A stretch of DNA of 64,000 nt, taken from contig OZ249441.1 of NCBI GenBank assembly GCA_965235115.1, positions 12,152,001 to 12,216,000 of the forward strand, read 5' to 3'. Source of the stretch: Laetmonice hystrix (lineage: Eukaryota). Shown in pieces: positions 29,170-40,500 of this stretch. Made by a program: the position numbers and the translations under genes. The stretch's first letter is position 1. Each line of letters begins with the position of its first letter. The notes below the pieces were generated by a model. That model was not told where the DNA came from. It worked only from the letters and a program-made list of their open reading frames with translations, and made no database searches.

Positions 29170-29808
29170 CTGCGTCTGCTGCAGACTCTGCGAGTGGAGA
29201 TCGGCCAGATTGATTCCATCCTCCTGCGTTCGGTCTCGGATGATGGCGGCCAGCTGTATCCGTGGAAACGTAACTAAAGCTGCCCGTCCCACTTCGTAAG
29301 CGTCCAACCGGCTGCCGGGCCCAGTCACACCAGGCGTTAGGCCTACCTCACCTACCGCCCCCTTCCCATCAACCCCTGCGTCTCTTCTACTATTTGTCAC
29401 ACCCAAACTTTGGTCGTAATCCTGAGCCTCATCGTAATTCCCGAAGTCCAAACTGTCCGCATAGTTGAGGTGTATTCCGTTTGTTTGGGCGTGGAGACCG
29501 CCGCCGCCGCCTCCACCGCCGCCGGAGATACGGCCATCGGCTCCCGGGGCCGCGCTCGCCGGGGACGGCGTCTGATAGTCGGGCTCCAAGGTAAAATACA
29601 CCCGTGTCCCGCCCTCCTCCAGCAGGTGTTTGACGGCGGACAGAATCTCGGCCCGGTCCGAGGGCTCCTCCACGCCGATGGCATCCAGGTCGGGGTCCCC
29701 GATTTGTTTGCATACTTCCAAATCGTCGTAGCCGTTGTCTAAAAAGGCCTGGGTGTAGTGAACAAGGCCAAGGGACCGGAGCCACTCCTCCACAATACAA
29801 CCTTCCAT
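29170..29808 (-). CDS. SAMD5: SAM domain-containing protein 5-like (SAMD5/SASH1-related), first coding exon; downstream exons not located
   Basis: [46 protein letters not shown]...YFTLEP and the later [24 protein letters not shown] match the SAMD5 N-terminal SAM domain and its C-terminal conserved block. The exon ends at a consensus donor, CAG|gtaagt (phase 0, 639 nt). Confidence 0.88.
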
Positions 29809-30062
29809 CTCTGCCGTAATCCACCCCGCAGCACACAAACACAGCAAAAGGAGACAATACTACTGATAATCCCATGGCAAACGGTGCGGTTTATACTCCC
29901 TTGTAGCCGTCATCCTTACAGGAATAAAAAAAAGGAGAACAGAATCCACGAGGCGTGTCAAACACAACACCTTAACAGCACCGTGTCGACATCGTCTGCA
30001 ACGAGCCAAGCCACACGCGTGTGTTTATATCCCGCACATGTCTGCGTGCGCAAGGCGTACAA

Positions 30063-30102
30063 TGACGTATTTCGAGGGAATCCCCCACTGGAGGGAATCC
30101 CC
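30063..30102. promoter_or_regulatory. Tandem NF-kB/Rel-like sites plus a CRE-like site upstream of the SAMD5-like gene
   Basis: GGGAATCCCC at 30076-30085 and 30093-30102, inside a direct repeat GAGGGAATCCCCC with 17-bp spacing. TGACGTA at 30063. About 270-290 bp upstream of the ATG. Confidence 0.5.
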
Positions 30103-30225
30103 CGCTACAAGTTCGTGAGGCCGTTATGTCTGCGCCTGTTTGTCAGCCGTTGAAATTTACCTGCGAGACGGTAGACGAACTTGGGTCGAAAAAGTCATTC
30201 AGCAGTCTCTAAGAAAAAGCAGAAG

Positions 30226-30408
30226 GGGGGGGGGGGCGATCCGGGGGGGAGGGGGCTCCAGCCCCCCCTAAATTCTGGATAATTAGGCCTATAGGCCTAT
30301 GATCACAGACACAGGTCATAGGCCTATATTTTTGGCCTTGGCCTAATAATATATTTTTGACTGATGGTTAGCCCCCCCCCCCTAAAAAGATTCCTAGATC
30401 CGCCACTG
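30226..30408. mobile_element. Degenerate poly-G/poly-C MITE-like fragment
   Basis: Right end CTAGATCCGCCACTG with a decayed left end (GGGGGCGATCCGGGGG) and internal G/C runs. Resembles common invertebrate MITE termini (from memory). No target-site duplication identified. Confidence 0.35.
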
Positions 30409-33400
30409 GCCCGGGGGATATGGACCCTAGTAGAGTGGGTTAGAGGCCTCGGCCTAGCCTATAACATCAAGATTGAGTGATTTATTAGGCCCTATAATTT
30501 GGCCTAAATTGGGGGGGGGGGGGGTCTTACTCTTTTAATCATCTATAGGCCTACGCAAAGTAGGCCTAGTAGGAACGTAGAAAGAAAACCTGCCAGTTTT
30601 TGGAGCCTAGCATTCTTGCAACGCCGGCGGCAAAGTGTTGATATTTTCGCGTGTGACCAAAACCCTGCCCGACTCCATGGCTGTTCATCCGCACATCTCT
30701 ACGAAACGTGATTCATTTGACCACCGCTTGGGGGCCTGACAGCCGGGAGGACTTTGCGTCCGAACCGCCGTCTGGGGGACAATTTAGCTAAACAAACAAC
30801 CTTTATCGCCACCTGGCGAGAATTCTACTTCATATAAAAGGTCAGAGGGACTCACGTCCTTAACATGGTGACTTTATTTGTTCCAAAGGAAATGCACTTG
30901 GCGGTATGCCAACTACTACAATACACTGCCAGAAAATTAGGAATGTAAATGAAAGAATTAAGAATGATACAAATAATGTACACTGACAATTCAGAGACTT
31001 GGGCCAACCCACAATTCATGATTGGTGCACAGAACTGCTGTACTTGACTTCCAATACAGACGTTGACTCGGTTTTCGCCGGTATACATCCGGCCTATGCT
31101 ATGGCTATGCCTAATAGTTTAGAACCATGTAAAACAGTTATTAAGACATAATCATTTCGGACAAATGATTTTACCACAGAAGTTTGTCTTGCCAGCAACA
31201 AATTCCGAATCGTCATTTATATTTTTTAATGTACTAAATACACGTACTCTTATGCTCAGAATCGACGCACTTCCGACAGTGATGCTCTTTACAAAAACAT
31301 ATCTGATTTTTCAGATGGAAAATTTTGGACAACTTTTGAAAAAAACTATGACGTAGGGCTATCGTACGTTTCTAAATTGGCTCAATTTACTCAAATATTC
31401 GGATCTGTTCTTTCTTGGAATACTGATATGGGAGTTTCCCGTGGAAAATTTGGATTTTCACTTTAAATTTGTAAAAATTTGTCCCAATCTTGTCCCTTTT
31501 CTCGTACATGTGAAAACAGAATACTCTGCTGGCTGTACAATACCGCATGTTCCCGTTGTCCAATTGCTATTCCATGCACAAGCTTGCCATTCCAGTATAC
31601 ATGTATAGGATAGCTCTATTACATTGAAAAGTTTGCTCAAAGTTTGCAGTGCAATGTTTACTTTCCTACACGCCCTTTCTAATCTTGAAATCTTGATGGT
31701 GTACGGCTAACGCTTACAACTTTTTTATCCCATCCCCCTTACTAGAGAACTAGTAGCTGCGACGGTACTCTTTTTCTTTCTAGTGACAACGTTTTAGGCA
31801 GTTGTACATCCCTTCCAATAACACTTCTAAAGTCTGCATCAAAAGTGCTTTGTTTACAAATAATATGAAGCTGACATCAAATTATAACTTACGGCAGACA
31901 TTATTAAAACGATTATTTTTGGCACAGTTAACCTGTTAATTCTGGCGTTTGACAAGTAATATAATATGACACGGTAAGGCAGTGACAAATCAGTCTGTTC
32001 TTGAGAGACGTATGACCCACGCAGACAATATGTCGTGGGGTGTTACTGAAAACCCGAGTTAAGGCCTTCCACCACGATACAATTTGTCTCATACCACCTG
32101 TCTCCTAGCACTTGGCAGTAGACTATAGTGGTGATGATATATAATGTTTCGTAATGGACCCTTCTAATCATGGTATCTGGATAACCATCCAGTAGGCCAC
32201 ATTATACTGAACCACACCGCCCTGCTATGATGTTCTAGGTAGTCACAAAATATCTCCTCCATGTATATAACCAAATTGAAGACAAATCCTGTTATTTACA
32301 AGTAAGCCTTAGCGCATGATGCATTACCAACTGTATTTGTTGCCATGAAAATTCACGTAAAGTGAAATGTGACATAGAAGAAGACATCGACAGGACTTTA
32401 GAAATGCACCGTAAATAAACACGTGACTCAAAGTGGCTAAATTATACACATCACAGTCCATCAAATTTACTGCCAGAAAGTATCACAACTGTTTACACCC
32501 TATGCGCCATGTTCTATATTTGGAATCAAATGCTCAACCTAGTTTGGTACACTTAGAAGGGTGGAGAGAGACAGAGAGTTTAAAAAAAAACATGAATGAA
32601 ATATCACTACTAAAAACGGGACGACACACACACCCTCATAAGAACAACATCTGCGTAACAGACTTAAAAACAAGGGTTGGCACCGCACCTTTAAAAATTC
32701 ACAACAATAACTTATGTCCCGAATCTTTAATTTAAGGATTTGAGCAGGAACCCACAGCCGCCAAATGTATGCTGATTCACCGGAACTCTCATGACTAGCA
32801 ACATAAAGCTTTTCCACAAGATTACTCTGTGCGATTTTTGTGAATTTTTAAATATTAAGTATGACCTATGCCTCTCTTAAGAGTAGACTACGTCAGCAGG
32901 AGTGCCTGACTACTGTAGATATATCCAAAAGTCGAGTACGAAATAAAAACAAAGTTTTACCATCTCCATCCAGCCCAATGCCCAACTGTGCTCAGCTGAT
33001 ACTTACTCTCATCTATAACAAATTCAGCTAAGCAAAGTACAAATCTACATTGTTCGTAAATGCATGAGCAACAGTGCATTAGATGACTGGCTACAAATGT
33101 TGTCTTGACTAGGCAAGGCCAATTAATGTTATGGCTGAACAAACAAAAAACAATCAAGAACCACTAATGCCATCTGCTTTGTAAGCAATTATAATATGCC
33201 TCCTCAGACCCTCCAAAATATATTTATGTCAGTAATTGTAGTAGGTGACGAAAGACTGCATCATTCCTTCAAAAAAGGAAGTCGAGTATAATTATTATAT
33301 ATCTTGTAGTTGTAATGGTTTGCATAGTACACTGCTATAGTAGCTTTGCACTCATTCAAAACATTCCTTGTTAAACCTTTAAATTAGTGAGGGCGACTTT

Positions 33401-34522
33401 GTCTTCTATCGTCATGCTTTTTGTGCGCGTTTTTCAAACAATGCTTCAAAACATAAACACAAAAGAAAGGGTGAGAAATAAAAAGAGCCCCACCTCAAAT
33501 TAAATAGAAGAATACCAGCATCTGACCCCCCTCCAAAAAAAACCCCCATGTCAACCTTAATCATTTTCAAAGTATGATTCTTGTGCTATAAATCCTATTT
33601 TATTTCTGCGCTAAACAGAACAGACTGCCCAGCCTTTATAGTCACCAGAACGTTTCGTGCCTACACTGCGATGGTAAGTTTACAGCTTACAATGATATAC
33701 CTTGTATTGATAACTGAACTGCTAGGATTCACGCAATCCTTTTTATCTGCAACGTTGTAAAGGCGCCTGAGAAAATATTACCACAATTACATACTTAGTG
33801 GCATTGGTTTTAGATATAAAGCTGAACATGCTATGAAGTTCAGGCAAAAACGAACTTAGCATTTGCATGGAATGAAAATGTTTTCTTCGTACATACTATT
33901 GGAACTGGCTAGTTCTTCAGTCCATTTACACATGGACAAGTCTTGGTAATGTGGCCAACGGAATAACTCCAAAATATACACAATAAATTACTGACCGACT
34001 AACAAAAACTCAGAATTGAGTCCTTAGACATCCCTGTAAAAAACCCTGGACTATCAATATCTCGATGCATGTAAGTACCTTGTACATATACTCTAGGATA
34101 TCTTCTTGTATTGCACACTACATCATTCGGCCTTTCTGAAGGTCATGTCAAACATCTTCCGAAAACAACCACTTACATACACAGTAAGGGTTCCTTAGAA
34201 AAACCTGCATATAACAAAACCTGTTTAATTTGTATCACATACTCATCTGGTACAATACATTATGGTTACGGAAACTAACAGGAAACAGTCCGACATCCTT
34301 CTCCCAACGGAAGAGCACCGTCACACCAATTACTTTCAGAATGCAACATGGAATTCTCTTTCTGTACCTGCTTTGCACACACAAATATACCATCATATCA
34401 TTATTTCCAATAGTAAATGCACTTTATACTATAACTATAACCAACTGATACGTTAAGATTTTAGTAACAATAAAGTATAAACTTCTGCAAATATATTGGG
34501 TGACACATACAAGAGTGGTAGA

Positions 34523-37500
34523 CTAAGTCACAGAGTTCTTGATTCTGGAATAATCGTACTTCCACGCTCCCGTTGTCCATGACAGCAGTACCGTCTGCCC
34601 AGATAAGTCTGCCTTGTTAAATGCTGCCCCCATGTGGGTGGATATCAAACTATGGTATCCCTTGCCGACTGTTACCAGCCCCGGCGCAGTGTTGCTTTTG
34701 TCCATTTGACCTTTGGAGGTCGCCGTTGTTGTAGTCTGGGGGCCTGTCACTAACGGGACAATGGCTCGGATGTAGGGCGTATTGTCGCTATGACTACGGC
34801 AGACAATGATGGGCTTCATGGACATGCTTTCAGCAATAAGGATACAGCCCCATGTCGTCGCCACGTACAGCTCGTCTCCGACCACACCCATTGTTGAGAC
34901 CTGGCACTTTGGTGCTGCAATAACAAAATCATGACTCATTTCATTTCATTTCATTTCACAGTTCTCACCTTGAGAAAACTTACAGCCCCAACTACACTAA
35001 CCATTAGCAATAGGGAGCCGAAGTCTCGCGGCACAGTTATGGATTTTCTGGATAGGAGGTACAAATGGAGCGTCAATGTTGACACACAATTGTTGCGTCA
35101 CAAATTTCCCCATTGGTTTAACATAGGATGAAGAGACATCGTTCCAAAGATCGGCCTAGTCTTGAAGATTTTTGTGTTGTTATGTATAACAGTTATTTAT
35201 TCAAGCATAAAACAGGTTGATACAAATATCTGGGAAGGTTTCATTACAATGGGCAGCATAATTACAGAGAAATCACGAGTTGAAGTTGACAGTCGCCGTT
35301 CCCTATGGCCAGCGCAATGCTAAACAAGCACGAGTGATAATGACGTGTCAACAAAATCGACTTTTATCGCGTTGTAACGCAACATCTCGTGACCTACTTC
35401 GGCTCCCTATACCTTCCACTTGATATCAAACCTGATTAAATATCTTGACATACCTGAGATATGATCACCTTCCATCACCTGCTGCACATCCGGGTCACTG
35501 ATTGGTATGACCTTTGACACATCAAGTCGTCCAACCACAGTCCGACTGAGTGCATCCCATCGATACACCTCAGTCCCTAACAAACCCATGAACATTAGAA
35601 TTTAGAGACCAACAAATTAAATGGCAATTCAGTTTTCTCATACAGACAACGACAGGCTTTCTCATTTAAAATAAAACAGGCACTCCAAGCCATACCGAAT
35701 AGAATTTCTAACTTGGGTTACTCTGAGAGTGTTTTGTCCTCCTGGTTGGACTTTACCTGGGTAGACGTAGGACCAGATGGCAGTGTTGTTCTTGGCAGTA
35801 GTCGAGTCAGTCACTAGGTGAACGACGGTTGTCGTGTCAGACATGACGTCTGGGTGTCTCACCACCTTCATACTCGTTGTGTGTAGGTTCCATACACTCA
35901 CCCGCCCCGCGGCCTGCCCGCACCACAACTCGCTTGAACTGTAACATGTCCAAAATGAGATCAAAATATACCATTTGAATAACACCAGGTTTGGCACGGC
36001 AATCTGTCATTTGTTTCAATATGAACCATTCTCTATCATCCCCGGCATCTGCAGTCTCCATGACAACAATCATTACCTCAATCATTTAAAGACTATTGAT
36101 CACAGGTAGACGAACGTTTGACACCTTGTAAGTACATCACTCACCCTTTATTTGTAGGCCTAGTTGTCAGACAATGGATGGGTTTACCCGTTCCAGGGCA
36201 TTCTGTCCTCACCGGGGTGTAGTTGGTGCTGAGATTGGCTGGCAGAGACGTTCCACATACAACCAGGCGGCCGGTATCGAGTACCACAAACACCCGCTTC
36301 TCACTCCAACCGTACACCATAGCACGGACGTGGACGTTTGGTGTCGTTGTTATAGGAAATTTCAGCACTTCTGCGTAGTCGCTGTGTCTGAAAAATATGC
36401 CTCTCATCAGTCATTTTCTTTCTCAACTTAGTTCAGTCGTGTTCCATTTGAGGGTAATAAACAATTCCCAAAGAGTCAAGTAAACGTTATGGAACATACC
36501 TGAATATATGAATAATGGCTGTGGAATCAGCCAACCACACGTACTGCCCTGCCAGACACATCGATACCACCAGGACAGCGCCATCTAGGGATAGAGACTG
36601 AAACAAAAAATCTTTGACATATGAGAGGACAATGTATTACAATTATATAGAGAAGGATCCAACCAATCAAATATTTAAAAGTAAAGGAATAGCAGGTATA
36701 AATACAATACCTTAGTCTGTATACAGCGTTGCTCGTGGTATGTAAACACACTAATATTTCCCAGGCTATGATTACCAGGGGATCTAGACGACACCCACAC
36801 ATCTGTCCATGATTGCACCTCTGTTGCTGAGGGACAGAAAAAAACATCAGAATCTAGTGAAAATTCTAACAGTTGCTACCATAAGGATCAGGTATGGGAC
36901 AATCATAAGATAAACCAAACAGAAAATACAATAAGGATCAGGTATGAGACAACCATAAGATAAACCAAACAGAAAATACAATAAGGATCAGGTATGGGAC
37001 AACCAGAAAATAAACCAAACAGCAAACACAATAAGGATCAGGTATGGGACAACCAGAAAATAAACCAAACAGAAAATACAATAAGGATCAGGTATGGGAC
37101 AACCATAAGATAAACCAAACAGCAAACACAATAAGGATCAGGTATGGGACAACCAGAAAAAACAAACAAACAGAAAACACAATAAGGATCGGGTATGGGA
37201 CAACCATAAGATAAAGTACTGACCTTCCTGAAGGTCATCTCCAACGATATCTGGGTCATGTGGTGTTGGGGCAGCACATGCACAGACAGCTTCCAAGTCT
37301 TTCTCCATGAGCACGATATCCTTAAGGTGGCAGAATGCTGGGCCGCTGGCGATGTCTCGAATTTGTTCTGCTGAGGGTCTGTCTCCTGGGTCATGTGACC
37401 AGCACAGGGTCATGAGGTCAAGGGTATGGCTCGGGTATCTAAGCTCCTGTCATATGGACCAAAAACACCACAGATGTATTGAGGGTAGCAATGTTTTATG

Positions 37501-40500
37501 CATTGTTGTATGCTTTTCAGTACATGTTTTAAGTTGAAGAAATTTAAAATGATTCATATTAATGTGTATGAGATGCTCTACAAATTAATAAAAATTTGAG
37601 TAAACTGCCATATTGTACGTGGCAGTTAAGGTACACCTGTACACATTGAGCTTTACCTTTGGTGTAACTGGTGGCCGTCCACCCGACAATATATGACCCT
37701 TCAAGTTAGCCATGGCTGCTGCTCCACTGTCACCTTCTTCAAATGGTAAACGCAGCATCAGGAGCTCGTAGATGAACATTCCAAATGAGAAACAGTCCAC
37801 CTGGAGCAACCGGGGAGAAGGTTAGTGTCTTATCTGTGTGAATGTGGGGAGAGTTAACACTTGGTATAATACATAATACTTGGTACTTAGTGAAAGCCTT
37901 TCTCTTGTTCTTCCTCTAACTCCCAGCGATCATGTTCGTTGCTTTATCAGTAAAAGTCACATACACTTGTACTTCTGAAATACAATCATTTAGAGAGCAA
38001 TATAATAAGTTAATAAAGCTTGAGTACAGGTGTTTTTATCAGTGTAATTCCAATTAAGAAAAACCCACTTTTTCTGTATAGGATTCTTCGCCATTATGCT
38101 GTATGATTTCTGGTGCTATAAATGGTGGTGTTCCTGCAAAACCCTTGGCACCAGATGGCAGCACCGCTCTGCTGACGCCATAGTCGGCCAGTTTGACATT
38201 GACTGGTGATGTGGGGTCAATGTTTGACGGAGCTGGGATGGACCAAACTAGGACGTTCTCAGACTTCAGATCACGGTAGATGATTTGGCAGGAGTGGAGA
38301 TATGCAAGTGCCGAGGCGACCTGAGAGCAAGATATATAGCCTTGTGAATTAAACTTCTGAATGTGAGCAACACATTATATCGTACATTAATCTGAAGGAA
38401 AGTAACTTGTGAACTTGCCTGAATGATAATGTACTGTATGACGATAATCGGTAGCCTTGTCCCTGTCCGCCGATACTCCCGTAAGCACGTTGACAGCGCC
38501 CCCTGGGGAGCCAGGGTGAGAACGAGGCACAGCGGTTGGAGAGCTATTCCCAGCAGGGGCACTATGTGGTCATGGTGCAGTGCTAGTAGGATGCTCAGCT
38601 CTTTACGAGCATTAAGGTATGCCTCGCAGGCATTTTTCATGGGATCCTTCTCCCATCTCTGTCTCTCTGCCTGCAGGAAAGGAGAAAACAGGCGCGTTTA
38701 GTGCCTAATGCAGGGGAAAATGTGTTCTTCCATGTGCACATAGCTACTGCCTAACACCTTTCAAGTTATTCTTTAAATTAATTTTTACATCATCAATGAA
38801 TTATGATGCTTTGAAATTTAAAAGCACTTACCCCTTTTCTTTACAGGAAATAGGAAAAAGAAATGTCACACTTTTTAATAAAAAAAAACAACACTCATTT
38901 TCCATACTGTAATACTTGCAAGTATGTGTCTCTACGTACATTGAACTGCTGTTTCTGAGATGGCGTTGCTGACAGGCCAGGATCCACTGGTTGTAACATT
39001 TTCATGGCTATGTCCACCATCTGCCCTGTACGCTGTAAGATGGATATTAAATAATGAGCAACATTTCCCTAATCAGTAATTTCAGATCTCACAGTTAGTG
39101 CCTGACCTAAAAATGTCCTTAAACGGGCTTAACGAAATTACCTGCCATACTATTACATCATTCTTGCAGGAAATTTATTTGATCATGACTAGGATCACTT
39201 TGTGAATTCTCCCAGGAGAGAAGTAATAAATATGCCATTTAAGCGTTTACAAATGTTTCCTGGAACAAAAACTGAGAAACAAAGAAAAGTCATCCTGACC
39301 TTGTCAACCATACTGCCAGCAAAGACGGCCCCAAATGCTCCTCGACCAAGAATCTGTCCAAGCCAGATCTGGTCAGGATCAATGTGGTACTGGTCTCCTA
39401 TATCCTGGAACACCTACAGGCAGAAACAAGCCTTGGGTATAGTAACAACTGCACAGAAGCAAGAAATCACTGGCGATCCGTCACTAAGTCGGAAATACTG
39501 CTTTCTAAAAGTAATGCGAGAAGCTGCAACTAGAATGACCAAATCTCTATGCTTCATGCATGTACTAATATAGAGACCCTATGACCTAATTTTGAAAATT
39601 TGTGAGATCAGCACATTGGAAACTACATTCCGAAGTTATTGGACTCTATCACTATAATCATTCTTATATCCATCTTAAATAACAGAATACCCCGGTACAT
39701 CTAAACACAATTAAATAAGCATGCATGTTAAGGAAAAACACACCTTTGTGATAAATAACCTCATGTCAAACAATGCAAGAGTTTGGTAGTTTCACGTCCA
39801 CAAAAAGATATCTTTTACACACACGAGTTAATAATCTGTGTATAAAATAAAACCCCTAAACTCAACATTTACTGTTAGTCCTAGCAATATCATATCCCAA
39901 GTACATAGTACGAGGGTATAACCAGTACAAGCTGCATCCTCCTGGCACCCATTAGTATGTAAGGTGGGGGTAATTTTATAACAGGTCATTTGTGCTTGGT
40001 TAGAGCAACATAGTTAGGTATTGGCATTTAGTTGGTTAAGGTGTCAGATCGCCTGTAAACTAACCCTATGTTATATTTTTCTAAAAATTCCTTCTTTGGC
40101 AGTAATACATTATTCGAATGGTCAATACCTTGGTTAATTCCACATTCTATCATGCTATTTCCTAAATTTCAAACATGCTTCACAGAACTTAAATCTTTTA
40201 AATGAAGACAGTGCTTGATCAGAATTAAAACATGAGACTTGATGAAGTGGAGACGTTTCTAAGAGAGTAAGTCATGTCCTGAGAAATGAACAAAACTGAC
40301 CTTTTGACTGATGGAAATGCATAACTTAGCTTCTAGACCCGGAGAAATGAGAAATGCCACATATCTGAATGGCACACATGTGCTGACCAGAGGGGGCCCC
40401 AACAAACCTACACAAAACTGATAACGGAATGTGGTGCAGAGAACAGCGCAAGGCTACACAGACCAGAAGCTTGTAAACGACTACAAAAAGTAATTTAAAC

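Noticed and set aside
37038-37394. Cys/Phe-rich repeat ORF
   Set aside because: Off-frame read of LRRK exon 24 continuing into the 50-bp minisatellite.
40290-40480. Possible third variant of LRRK exon 18
   Set aside because: Both candidate phase-2 acceptors run into in-frame stops and lack the EQC and CPxHG motifs.
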